Shown piece by piece: positions 1-8,690 of a stretch of DNA of 64,000 nt; within the stretch, counting starts at the first letter, position 1; each line of letters starts with the position of its first letter. The position numbers were made by a program, and so were the translations under genes. Location of the stretch: positions 1,728,001 to 1,792,000 of the forward strand of contig OZ245040.1 in NCBI GenBank assembly GCA_965224195.1, written 5' to 3'. The notes beneath the pieces were generated by a model. It was given only the letters and a program-made list of their open reading frames with translations, did no database searches and was not told the DNA's origin. The DNA comes from Nitrosopumilus sp. (GTDB taxonomy: Archaea > Thermoproteota > Nitrososphaeria > Nitrososphaerales > Nitrosopumilaceae).

Positions 1-3000
1 ATATGGCCCCCTTGTCTGCTCCATCAGTGTCATCAAGGTCCGCACCTGCCACAATATCTGGTATGCCATCATCATCCAAGTCGCCAATCAGTGCAACTGA
101 GGAGCCGAACTGGTCGCCATCAAATACTTCTGCATCATCAGGGCCGCCGCCGCCGGGGGAGGCAGAGCTGTCAATCACTTTAGTCGCCTTTACTGAGCCG
201 TCAATGTTGTTCATGAGCAGGACGTATACGGCGCCAGTATCAGCTTTTCCTCCGGCAGCTCCCTGTACGCCCACTGCGATATCTGGGGCACCATCACCAT
301 TGATGTCGCCAATGCCTGCAACTGAGGAGCCAAACTGGTCATAGTCAAGTATTGTGGGGACGTTTGCAACAGTATCGTCAATCCTTTTGGTGCTACTTAC
401 TGTACCATCAGAGTTCATGAACAAGATAAATACGGCGCCACCGTCATCGGCTGTATCACTATCCCTTTCTGCGCCCACTGCAATGTCTGCGGTGCCGTCG
501 TTATTCAGGTCTCCAATGTTTGCCACTGATGAGCCAAAATAGGAATAATCTGAGATGGTGGGGCCGGAGTTAGTAGAACCGTTGATCTCAACTGATCTCT
601 TTATCGAGCCGTCAGCATTCATGAGCATGACAAATATGGCGCCATCGTTAAAGTAATTTGTGTCAGCCAGTGGCGCGCCTGCCACGATATCTGGGATGCC
701 ATCACCGTCAAGGTCGCCAATGCCTGCAACTGAGTAGCCAAAGTTGTCATCATCTGAGAGGACGGGGCCGTTTGCAGTGGAATTTTTGATTGGACTGTAG
801 CTTTTTGCGGTACCGTCAGGGTTCATGAACAGGACGTATACGGCGCCAGTATTAGTCGTACGGCCATTGTTATCATCCTGATATGCGCCCACTGCAATGT
901 CTGTGGTGCCATCACCATCAAGGTCTCCAATGGATGCCACTGAATAGCCAAAGCCGTCATGGTCAGAGAGGTAGTAATTATTGCTGCCAAATTCGGGGTT
1001 ACTGATCTGGGCTGTTCTCTTTATAGTGCCATCACGATTCATAAATAAAATGTGGATGGCGCCCTTGTCAGTTCCTCCATGATCATCCTTGTATGCGCCT
1101 GCTACAATATCTGGGATGCCATCACCATCAAGGTCACCTATTCCTGCAACTGATGCGCCAAACAGGTCGCCATCAGAGAGGATGGGGCCGTCAGCAGTAG
1201 TGTCATCAATCCTTTGGGTGCTTTTTACTGTGCCGTCAGCGTTCATGAACATGGTGTAGATGGCGCCCTTGTAGATATCATTTGGATTTTGAGAATTGAT
1301 ACCCACTGCAATATCTGCGATGCCGTCGTCGTTGATGTCGCCAATGCCTGCAACTGAGGAACCAAACTGCTCTTGGTCGAAGAGGACGGGGCCGTTTGCA
1401 GTGGAATCGTCAATCTTTGCGGTGCTCTTTACGGTACCGTTAGTGTTCATGAGCATGACAAATACGGCGCCCCTCCTATCACCTCCGGTGGGATCCCCTG
1501 GTGCACCCACTACAATATCTAGGACACCATCACCATCCAAGTCTCCAATGTTTGCCACTGATGTGCCAAAATAGGAATAATCGGCGGGGACGGGGCCGGA
1601 GTTAGTAGAACTGTCAATCTTTATGGTGCTCTTTACCGTGCCGTCAGTATTCATAAATAAGACGTATACGGTACCCTTGTTGTCATTGCCTGGTGCACCC
1701 ACTGCAATGTCTGTGGTGCCGTCATTATTCAGGTCACCAATGCCTGCAACTGATGCGCCGAATTTATCATAATCGGCGAGGGCAGGGCCGTCTGTAGTAG
1801 AATCGTCAATCTTTATGGTGCTCTTTACTGTACCATCAGAGTTCATAAGTAAAATGTGTATGGCGCCCCTGCCATCACCTCCGGTGCCATCTACTGGTGC
1901 GCCTGCTGCAATGTCTGAGACGCCATCATCATCCAAGTCTCCGATTAGTGCGACTGAAGAGCCGAATTCATCATCGATGGAGAGGACGGGGCCGTTTGGA
2001 GTAGAATCGTCAATCTTTACAGTCTCTTTTACTGAACCGTTAGTGTTCATAAGTAAAATGTGTATGGCGCCCTTGTCTCGTCCTCCGGTGTCATCGTAAT
2101 TTGCGCCTGCTACAATATCTGGGATGCCGTCGTTATTCAGGTCACCAATTGATGCTACTGATATGCCGAATCTATCATCAGTGGAGAGGGTGGGGCCGTT
2201 TAAAGTAGAACTGTTGATCTCAACTGATCTCTTTATGGTGCCGCCAGTATTCATAAATAAAATATGTATAACACCGGTGCCGGCTCCTCCATGATTATCC
2301 TGGTATGCGCCCACTGCAATATCCTCAACGCCATCACCATCAAGGTCGCCAATGCCTGCAACTGAGTAGCCAAAGCGGTCGCCATCAGAGAGGATGGGGC
2401 CATCAGCAGTAGTGTCATCAATCTTTACAGTCTCCCTTGCGCTGCCTGTCCCATGCGGGGCAATGGCATCAAGATAGATGATGTGTACGGCCCCTGTGTT
2501 AGATCCCCCATCATTTGTGCCCTCATAAGGTGCGCCTACTGCAATATCTGGCATGCCATCACCATTAAGGTCGCCAATGTTTGCCACTGATGTGCCGAAA
2601 TTCGAATCACTGCCAAAGACAAGGCTGTCTGTGGTAGAATCGTCAATCTTTGCAGTACCATTTACTGTACCATCAGAGTTCAAAAGTATAATGTAGATGG
2701 CGCCGCTGTCATTGCCTGATGCGCCAACTGCAATATCTGTGGTGCCGTCAGAGTTGATGTCTCCAATGGATGCCACTGATGCGCCAAAAAAGAAATAATC
2801 TGCAAGTGAGGGGGGGCCGTTTGTGGTGGAATCGTCAATCTTTGCGGTGCTCTTTACGGTGCCGTCAGTATTCATGAATAAGACGTATACGGTACCCTTG
2901 TTGTCATTGCCTGGTGCACCCACTGCAATGTCTGCGATGCCGTCGTTATTCAAGTCTCCAATGTTTGCCACTGATAAGCCAAAATAATTAACTAGATGGG

Positions 3001-4747
3001 AGGCGACAGTTGTACCAAAGTCGTCAATCTTTTGGGTGCTCTTTACTGTACCATCAGGGTTCATAAATAAAATGTGGATGGCGCCCTTGCCAGATCCTCC
3101 GCCGGAATCATTATTTGATGCGCCCACTGCAATATCTGTGGTGCCGTCATTATTCAGGTCACCAATGCCTGCAACTGATGCGCCAAACATGTCATGGTTA
3201 GCAAGTACAAGACTGGCTGTAGTAGAGTCGTCAATCTTTACGGTGCTCTTTACTGAACCATCAGTGTCCATGAGCATGACGTATACGGCGCCCCTGTAGG
3301 ATCCTTGAGTGCTGGTAATGCTTGCACCTGCTACAATATCTGGGATGCCATCACGATTCAGGTCTCCTATTCCTGCAACTGATGCGCCAAAATCATCACT
3401 ACCGACGATATCAGTAGGACCGTTGGCAGTGGAACCGTTGATCTCAGCTGTTCTCTTTATGGAGCCATCAGGGTTCATGAACAGGACGTGTACGGCGCCA
3501 GTGCTGGCTGCCACAGTGAGGCCTCCAGTCAAACCCACTGCAATGTCTGCAGTACCGTCGCCGTCCAAGTCTCCTATTCCTGCAACTGATGTGCCAAAAT
3601 AGGAATCATCTAAGAGTGGGGGAAGATTTGCAGTAGAGTTGTTGATTTTTACAGGAGGGGCAGTGGAGCTCGGATATGCATAGTTGTTTGCATATGCCAC
3701 ACTGTCACCAAACTCTAGCTTTAGGTGGTGCTTTCCGGGGGTGTGGACCAGCATCTCAAAGGAGCTGGTGGTGCTGTCACCTGAGTAATCTGGAAATACG
3801 ACAGACGTTATTTTGGATTCATCATCATAGACAAACTCGGGTGCAATCATCATGTTGCTGTTACTACTGATATCTGAACTATACAGTGAGACAAACTCCA
3901 GGTCATCAGGCAGCCCCGTCCCAAAGCTGGTCCCGTTGACTGCAGATATCACCAGGTCGTGTGTTCCCTCTGTTACAAAGTCTACAGTCCAGTGTCCTCC
4001 CACAGCAGGATATGACTGCTCATTTAGCACCCTGATGCTGCTGCTGCCGTGCTGCTGCATCTCCGAAAGAAACTCTTGCACTGCTGTTTTCTCATGGCCG
4101 CTCAGAGGCCTGTTGTTGCCAGGGCTGTCATAGCTGGCATTATTATCATAGCTGGCATTATTATTATCATATCTGGCATTATAGCTGGTATCATACAGCG
4201 AGTCAGCCAAGGCATCCAAATCTGCTCCGTACAGCACAGAGTCCTGCAAATCCTGATACTGCTGATACTCACCTGTAATAGAATCAAGAACAGGCCAGGA
4301 GCTGCTGCTGTTGTTGTTGTTGTTATTGTTGTTGTTGGCACTGTTGTTACTGCCATCTAAATCACCCATGCCTTCAGGTGGATATGCAAACGCGTGCTGG
4401 ATTGGAGAGAAGGTCAGTCCGATTGGGCCAAGCATGCTACCAGACACAAACACGATGCAGACAAGCACGGCAAGGGATCTTTTCAGAAAAGGGCGGCTGT
4501 CGTATCTGCTTGGCAGCATGCTTGCAAGCACAAAGATTCCTGGCGCAACTACAAAGAGCACGTAAAAGTGTGCAGAAGGCGACTGCTGATTCCACAGCAA
4601 AATCCCCTGAGACTCTGATGAGGAAGAGCCTGCAGGATGCGGCGTGGCCTCATTGTACACAGTCTCCTGTGCAGATACGGGAGGCATGCCAGACAATGCA
4701 AGAACTGTAAAAAGCAAAAACAGCAAAAAGACACTCTTTGGAGCCAT
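1..4747 (-). CDS. Giant secreted/surface protein with >=18 FG-GAP (integrin-alpha-like) repeats; runs off the window (>1580 aa)
   Basis: Hand translation from ATG at 4747: MAPKSVFLLFLLFTVLALSG signal peptide, two more hydrophobic segments, an Asn-rich tract, then repeats of FGxSVAxIGDLDGDGxxDIAVGA...GAVYxLFMNxDG every ~200 nt. Absent from the ORF track, probably because no stop lies in the window. Confidence 0.9.
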   Translation of the reverse strand, partial: MAPKSVFLLFLLFTVLALSGMPPVSAQETVYNEATPHPAGSSSSESQGILLWNQQSPSAHFYVLFVVAPGIFVLASMLPSRYDSRPFLKRSLAVLVCIVFVSGSMLGPIGLTFSPIQHAFAYPPEGMGDLDGSNNSANNNNNNNNNSSSSWPVLDSITGEYQQYQDLQDSVLYGADLDALADSLYDTSYNARYDNNNASYDNNASYDSPGNNRPLSGHEKTAVQEFLSEMQQHGSSSIRVLNEQSYPAVGGHWTVDFVTEGTHDLVISAVNGTSFGTGLPDDLEFVSLYSSDISSNSNMMIAPEFVYDDESKITSVVFPDYSGDSTTSSFEMLVHTPGKHHLKLEFGDSVAYANNYAYPSSTAPPVKINNSTANLPPLLDDSYFGTSVAGIGDLDGDGTADIAVGLTGGLTVAASTGAVHVLFMNPDGSIKRTAEINGSTANGPTDIVGSDDFGASVAGIGDLNRDGIPDIVAGASITSTQGSYRGAVYVMLMDTDGSVKSTVKIDDSTTASLVLANHDMFGASVAGIGDLNNDGTTDIAVGASNNDSGGGSGKGAIHILFMNPDGTVKSTQKIDDFGTTVASHLVNYFGLSVANIGDLNNDGIADIAVGAPGNDNKGTVYVLFMNTDGTVKSTAKIDDSTTNGPPSLADYFFFGASVASIGDINSDGTTDIAVGASGNDSGAIYIILLNSDGTVNGTAKIDDSTTDSLVFGSDSNFGTSVANIGDLNGDGMPDIAVGAPYEGTNDGGSNTGAVHIIYLDAIAPHGTGSARETVKIDDTTADGPILSDGDRFGYSVAGIGDLDGDGVEDIAVGAYQDNHGGAGTGVIHILFMNTGGTIKRSVEINSSTLNGPTLSTDDRFGISVASIGDLNNDGIPDIVAGANYDDTGGRDKGAIHILLMNTNGSVKETVKIDDSTPNGPVLSIDDEFGSSVALIGDLDDDGVSDIAAGAPVDGTGGDGRGAIHILLMNSDGTVKSTIKIDDSTTDGPALADYDKFGASVAGIGDLNNDGTTDIAVGAPGNDNKGTVYVLFMNTDGTVKSTIKIDSSTNSGPVPADYSYFGTSVANIGDLDGDGVLDIVVGAPGDPTGGDRRGAVFVMLMNTNGTVKSTAKIDDSTANGPVLFDQEQFGSSVAGIGDINDDGIADIAVGINSQNPNDIYKGAIYTMFMNADGTVKSTQRIDDTTADGPILSDGDLFGASVAGIGDLDGDGIPDIVAGAYKDDHGGTDKGAIHILFMNRDGTIKRTAQISNPEFGSNNYYLSDHDGFGYSVASIGDLDGDGTTDIAVGAYQDDNNGRTTNTGAVYVLFMNPDGTAKSYSPIKNSTANGPVLSDDDNFGYSVAGIGDLDGDGIPDIVAGAPLADTNYFNDGAIFVMLMNADGSIKRSVEINGSTNSGPTISDYSYFGSSVANIGDLNNDGTADIAVGAERDSDTADDGGAVFILFMNSDGTVSSTKRIDDTVANVPTILDYDQFGSSVAGIGDINGDGAPDIAVGVQGAAGGKADTGAVYVLLMNNIDGSVKATKVIDSSASPGGGGPDDAEVFDGDQFGSSVALIGDLDDDGIPDIVAGADLDDTDGADKGAI

Positions 4748-4856
4748 GGCTACCAAGACTCCGCCGTCGTCATGCCATCAAGAAAGGCAGAACTTTGGGC
4801 TATAAAATATTCAAATATACTGGCAATGGGAGTCTCGCGTCTGACCTCTCTCTCTT

Positions 4857-4868
4857 CCCCCCCCCCCC
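4857..4868. repeat. C12 homopolymer (G12 on coding strand) ~110 nt upstream of the FG-GAP gene
   Basis: ctctt-cccccccccccc-ga read directly. Confidence 0.9.
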
Positions 4869-4995
4869 GAATCAGTGATAGGCAAGATATAAGCAACATG
4901 CACATATTAACCAGAAAACACACGTATTTAATCATTTTGTAATCTGGGTTTTGTGAAGTTACAGTGACCTATTTTCCCTTGTGAAGTTTGGTGAC

Positions 4996-5436
4996 CTATT
5001 GAAAATGACTTTGTTTATTAGGATCATCTTTTCCTTTTAATGTTTTTAGTATTTCTTGCAGAGTTCGTAAAATTAAATCATTTTGTTGTTCTATGTTTTG
5101 TAGCGAAAAGTATGAATCCTGTGTATTTGCAAACATGACAAATTTTCTCCAAAATTCAGAATTAATACGAATTGTGTCAAGTATAGTTTCAAGTTGAGAT
5201 TCTGAAAAATTAGATGATTTACATATTTCAGTAATTCTTTTTTCAGATAAATTTGATCTGATTGCCTCGTTCATAAAAGTACGTGTAATGTTGGATATTG
5301 CTTGTATCTGCGATATTGAGATGTCTTGTTCCTTACTTAGTTCCTTATGAGATTTTCTTTCAACCCATATTTCATTCATACATTTTGGAAATTTCTTCTT
5401 AAATTCATCGTCGGAAATTTTAGATATTTCTTTCAA
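4996..5436 (-). CDS. Hypothetical protein
   Basis: 146-aa AT-rich ORF, no recognised motif. Confidence 0.6.
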   Translation of the reverse strand: MKEISKISDDEFKKKFPKCMNEIWVERKSHKELSKEQDISISQIQAISNITRTFMNEAIRSNLSEKRITEICKSSNFSESQLETILDTIRINSEFWRKFVMFANTQDSYFSLQNIEQQNDLILRTLQEILKTLKGKDDPNKQSHFQ

Positions 5437-5542
5437 ATCATATTGAAGTGTTGGTGCTTGTTCAATAATATTTTTTACAAATAAAATAGAGCATGTTTCT
5501 TCAAGTCCTAAATCAAATAATTTATTAGAAATTGTTGTTTTA

Positions 5543-5881
5543 TCATAATTTGAATATAGAAGTTCTATTCATGTCAAAAAACAAAATAATAGGAGCTACA
5601 TACGCATTGACACTTGTAGGCTTCAAAGTTTTCTTCAAAATTTTGATATAAGATTTCACAAGATCAGTGCTTTTCCCAGCATCAAAATTAGCTAATGCAT
5701 TATAATCATCAAAATGTGAAACATATTTTTTATCAACAAGATAATTCATAAAATTTTTCAGACCACAAGTATATGATTTCAAAGGGGCTTCAGTTTTGAT
5801 GGCATCATAAAAATTACCATATTCAATGTTTTCCTCAGATAGTTCTAATGCTCTTTGTAATTCGACCTTACTACTAACCAT
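5543..5881 (-). pseudogene. Truncated tyrosine integrase (N-terminal core-binding/SAM-like domain only)
   Basis: FYDAIKTEAPLKSYTCGLKNFM...TSVNAYVAPIILFFDMN resembles the N-terminus of thaumarchaeal phage-type integrases; stops at 112 aa with no catalytic R-HxxR-Y. Confidence 0.7.
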
Positions 5882-5892
5882 ATTATCTAGGC

Positions 5893-5980
5893 ATAACTAA
5901 TTAATTATAAAATGTTGTTTTTAGTATAGTTAATTGTTATGATATGCATGAAAAATGACACAAAATCATTAACCGTTTAG
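5893..5980. repeat. Putative recombination site 1 (left arm - AATTGTTA core at 5932-5939 - inverted right arm)
   Basis: 5893-5939 aligns ungapped 34/47 with 7343-7389; reverse complement of 5951-5980 matches 7343-7372 at 22/30. Confidence 0.75.
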
Positions 5981-6069
5981 ATGGGCGATACCAAAAGATT
6001 ATGCAATACAACAATTGAAAAAATTTCAAATTATACACATATTTACTAAATAAATCAAAAAAATAGAAA

Positions 6070-6980
6070 ATGTCCAAAAATGAAGATAAGGAATTAGATA
6101 ATACAGATAAAAGATGGCTCAGAGGTTTTATCTTAGATCATTTGGAGGGATCTAATGGGGTTTTCTTACGAGATTTTGCAAAGGAATTTGATTGTGAATG
6201 GATTCTAAGTTCAAATCAATATTTTGAAGACATACCAAGACAAACAGACGATTGATTGATGAAATAGGATCAGAAATTGAAAAATTTGCAGATATTTTTG
6301 TAGAGACATTCCCCACATCAAAGAATATAGTTTACAGCAGATTGGAAAAATACTTAGAAGAAGAAGGATACAAAATAGAAATTAAAACGGATTTAGTTCC
6401 GTTTGTAAAAGATGGAGAAACCATACAAATTCAGATTCTAAATAAAACTACACTCAAGATAGTGAAAACATTGATTACAAATACTGGAAAATCACAAGAA
6501 AGACTACCAGAAACATTTGGGAAGTTTGAAGAGCCCATGTTAAGAGATATGATGTTAGTTGTGTTAAATTCCGTATTCACAGGTTCTGCAACAGGAGAAA
6601 CTTTTAGTGGAAGTGGTAAAGCTGATATTTTTATTAATTTTAAAGATTTTAAATCGCCCATAATAGAATGTAAATGGTGGGACGGTCAAGAGACAATAAA
6701 CGATGCATTTGAACAATTATTTGCATATAACACACCAAATGAAGGGGATGGAATAATCATAATGTTTTCAGACAGAGTAGATTATTCAGAAGTAGAAACA
6801 AAAGCTGAAAAATATATCAAAAATCATTCATCATTCAACAACAATTCTATTAAAAAAAATGAAGGATGGTTAATTTCAAAGCATGATCATCCACAAGACA
6901 ATTCAAAAAAAATGAACGTTCATACCAAAATTTTCAACTTACATCACATAGATACAATTAGTAAAAAGAATCCAAATTGA
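6070..6980 (+). pseudogene. PD-(D/E)xK restriction-endonuclease-like protein, probably one gene split by a 1-nt frameshift at ~6252
   Basis: ATGETFSGSGKADIFINF...IIECKWWDG motif in 6252..6980; one extra T at gacgattgattgat fuses the two ORFs (RQTDD-LIDEIG). Two coupled genes is the alternative. Confidence 0.6.
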
Positions 6981-6996
6981 AAATATTTACAGCGAA

Positions 6997-7332
6997 TTAT
7001 TCAAAAAAATCACATTGAGCCAAAGTTATCAATGGGAGTTCACCCACATAACATTGGCATCCAAAGAACAATTTCACAATTTCTGCAGATGTAATCCCTA
7101 CACCCATTCCTACAAATAAAGATCGGAATAAAGCAAATATTTTTGCCTCTTTAAAATAACTGAGAATACCTGTAATTACGATAAAAGTAAGCAAAACACC
7201 ATAAGAATATCTAAAAAATGGAATAGATTCAAGATGAAATGATACACCACAGTATTGAGTTGTCAACACAATAGTTCCCAATCCGACTAAAGAACCAATA
7301 ATTAAAATGAAAATCTCAAGTATGCTTTTCAA
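6997..7332 (-). CDS. Small membrane protein (~3 TM)
   Basis: Three hydrophobic stretches in 111 aa. Confidence 0.6.
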   Translation of the reverse strand: MKSILEIFILIIGSLVGLGTIVLTTQYCGVSFHLESIPFFRYSYGVLLTFIVITGILSYFKEAKIFALFRSLFVGMGVGITSAEIVKLFFGCQCYVGELPLITLAQCDFFE

Positions 7333-7342
7333 CGTATTAGTT

Positions 7343-7429
7343 ATAATCGGTTAATTATAAAGTGCCGTTTTTGTGTGAGTCAATTGTTACCAACCAAGAA
7401 AAAATGGCACATAAAGATTATACCCATTT
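7343..7429. repeat. Putative recombination site 2 (left arm - AATTGTTA core at 7382-7389 - inverted right arm)
   Basis: gtgccgttttt ... aaaaatggcac dyad around the core; 39/47 ungapped identity to 8644-8690. Confidence 0.8.
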
Positions 7430-7467
7430 GTACACACAATCGTTCAAAAACAAGAAATCATTTAAAA

Positions 7468-7731
7468 TCAATCTGAACCATATGTGGATTTATGATCTCC
7501 TACTCTCATGAAATCAATTGTTTTTTTAAAAAAATCAACATCGTAAATGATCCTATTGCTTTTATCTAGTCTATAGGCATACACATTCATAGATTTTTTA
7601 AAATCTCCCAAAAGTCTAGGATCATCACTTAACAGGAGTTCTTTGATAGCATCATTTGTTTTGTCTTGTAAAGTATGCTCTAATTTTTTGAATTGTTTTT
7701 TGAACTTTCCTTGTCTATTGGGAGTCCACAA
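7468..7731 (-). CDS. RelE/ParE-superfamily type II toxin
   Basis: 87 aa, basic; FKKQFKKL...YAYRLDKSNRIIYDV...FMRVGDHKSTY. Confidence 0.8.
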   Translation of the reverse strand: MWTPNRQGKFKKQFKKLEHTLQDKTNDAIKELLLSDDPRLLGDFKKSMNVYAYRLDKSNRIIYDVDFFKKTIDFMRVGDHKSTYGSD

Positions 7732-7733
7732 AA

Positions 7734-7997
7734 TTAATCGTTTAGATCATTGATAAAATCATCGACAGTACTAAACTTCTTTGTATTTTCAGAGTTAGAT
7801 CTATATTCATTAATGTCATTAATTTCTTCATTACTTAGATCATCATAATCTCCAAGGGATTTAGTACGTGAATCTAATATTTGCTTGTAATTATCATTAG
7901 CAGTTGTTGATAATTGCAAATCAGTTAATCCAGATACACGAACAAAATCTCTAAATTCTGTTTTGTTTCTTTTAAGAAGCTGCACCATTTGTCTCAC
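7734..7997 (-). CDS. Putative antitoxin
   Basis: Small ORF directly upstream of the toxin; acidic C-terminus KKFSTVDDFINDL typical of RelB/DinJ-like tails. Confidence 0.7.
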   Translation of the reverse strand: MRQMVQLLKRNKTEFRDFVRVSGLTDLQLSTTANDNYKQILDSRTKSLGDYDDLSNEEINDINEYRSNSENTKKFSTVDDFINDLND

Positions 7998-8619
7998 TTA
8001 TTGTTTGTAATACCTCTTTTATAAAATCAGCTCCAAATTTACTGATAAAATCATTAAATGCGTCATATTTTACAGTTCTAAAAATAAATTCAATGTATAG
8101 AGATTCAGTAGGACTAGTAGCTAAAGGTTCCATTCTAATTTGCATATCTACTTCCGAAACATCCGTATTTGCAACTACGACAGAAAGTATCCCAGGTTTA
8201 ATATTCAATTTATCTGCCAAGCTAGATTGGACATTAGGATTCAAAATATGATTTAAAAATAGTTGCGGATTACCATTATCTGTAACAAAAGTTTTGAAAT
8301 TCCCTCCCAATACAGCTATGTTCTCAGGTTTGAAACTTAAGTTAGCAAGTAATTGTGAGAAATCAGAATATTTCGTTTGTAATGAAATGGTATTACGTAA
8401 TCTTAGTGTAATAGTATTTTGTTTAGAATTATTGAAAATAATGGTGTCTTCTTTTTGATAATATGTCTGATTATTATTTTGTGTATCTATTTTTCTTTCA
8501 TAATTACCATCAAGCATAAGTTGATTAAATTGGGTTTCAGAAAATAATGGATATTTGCCCTGAATTGCAATATCACAGGAAGCACCTACTTCAGATACGT
8601 TAACCATAATTGATAACAA
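7972..8619 (-). CDS. Hypothetical protein, first gene of the three-gene TA operon (possibly TIGR04255-like)
   Basis: 215 aa ORF overlapping the antitoxin start; family guess is weak. Confidence 0.6.
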   Translation of the reverse strand: MLSIMVNVSEVGASCDIAIQGKYPLFSETQFNQLMLDGNYERKIDTQNNNQTYYQKEDTIIFNNSKQNTITLRLRNTISLQTKYSDFSQLLANLSFKPENIAVLGGNFKTFVTDNGNPQLFLNHILNPNVQSSLADKLNIKPGILSVVVANTDVSEVDMQIRMEPLATSPTESLYIEFIFRTVKYDAFNDFISKFGADFIKEVLQTISETNGAAS

Positions 8620-8643
8620 AAATAGGATTACTTAAATCAGATC

Positions 8644-8690
8644 ATAATCGGTTAATGAAAATTCGCCGTTTTTGTGAGAGATAATTGTTA
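8644..8690. repeat. Putative recombination site 3 (left arm + core only; island boundary abutting the pus10 stop codon)
   Basis: ataatcggttaatgaaaattcgccgtttttgtgagagataattgtta followed directly by tca (TGA of pus10). Confidence 0.8.

Noticed and set aside
3-4942. Many Ser/Pro-rich plus-strand ORFs and short minus-strand ORFs
   Set aside because: Antisense or alternate-frame shadows of the FG-GAP gene
5491-5537. AATTGTTG as a fourth cassette site
   Set aside because: No similarity to the arm upstream of it
5893-8690. Classical integron attC sites
   Set aside because: Site 1 can fold with TAAC/GTTA ends, but sites 2 and 3 fold poorly, cargo genes point away from the sites, and nothing IntI-specific is visible
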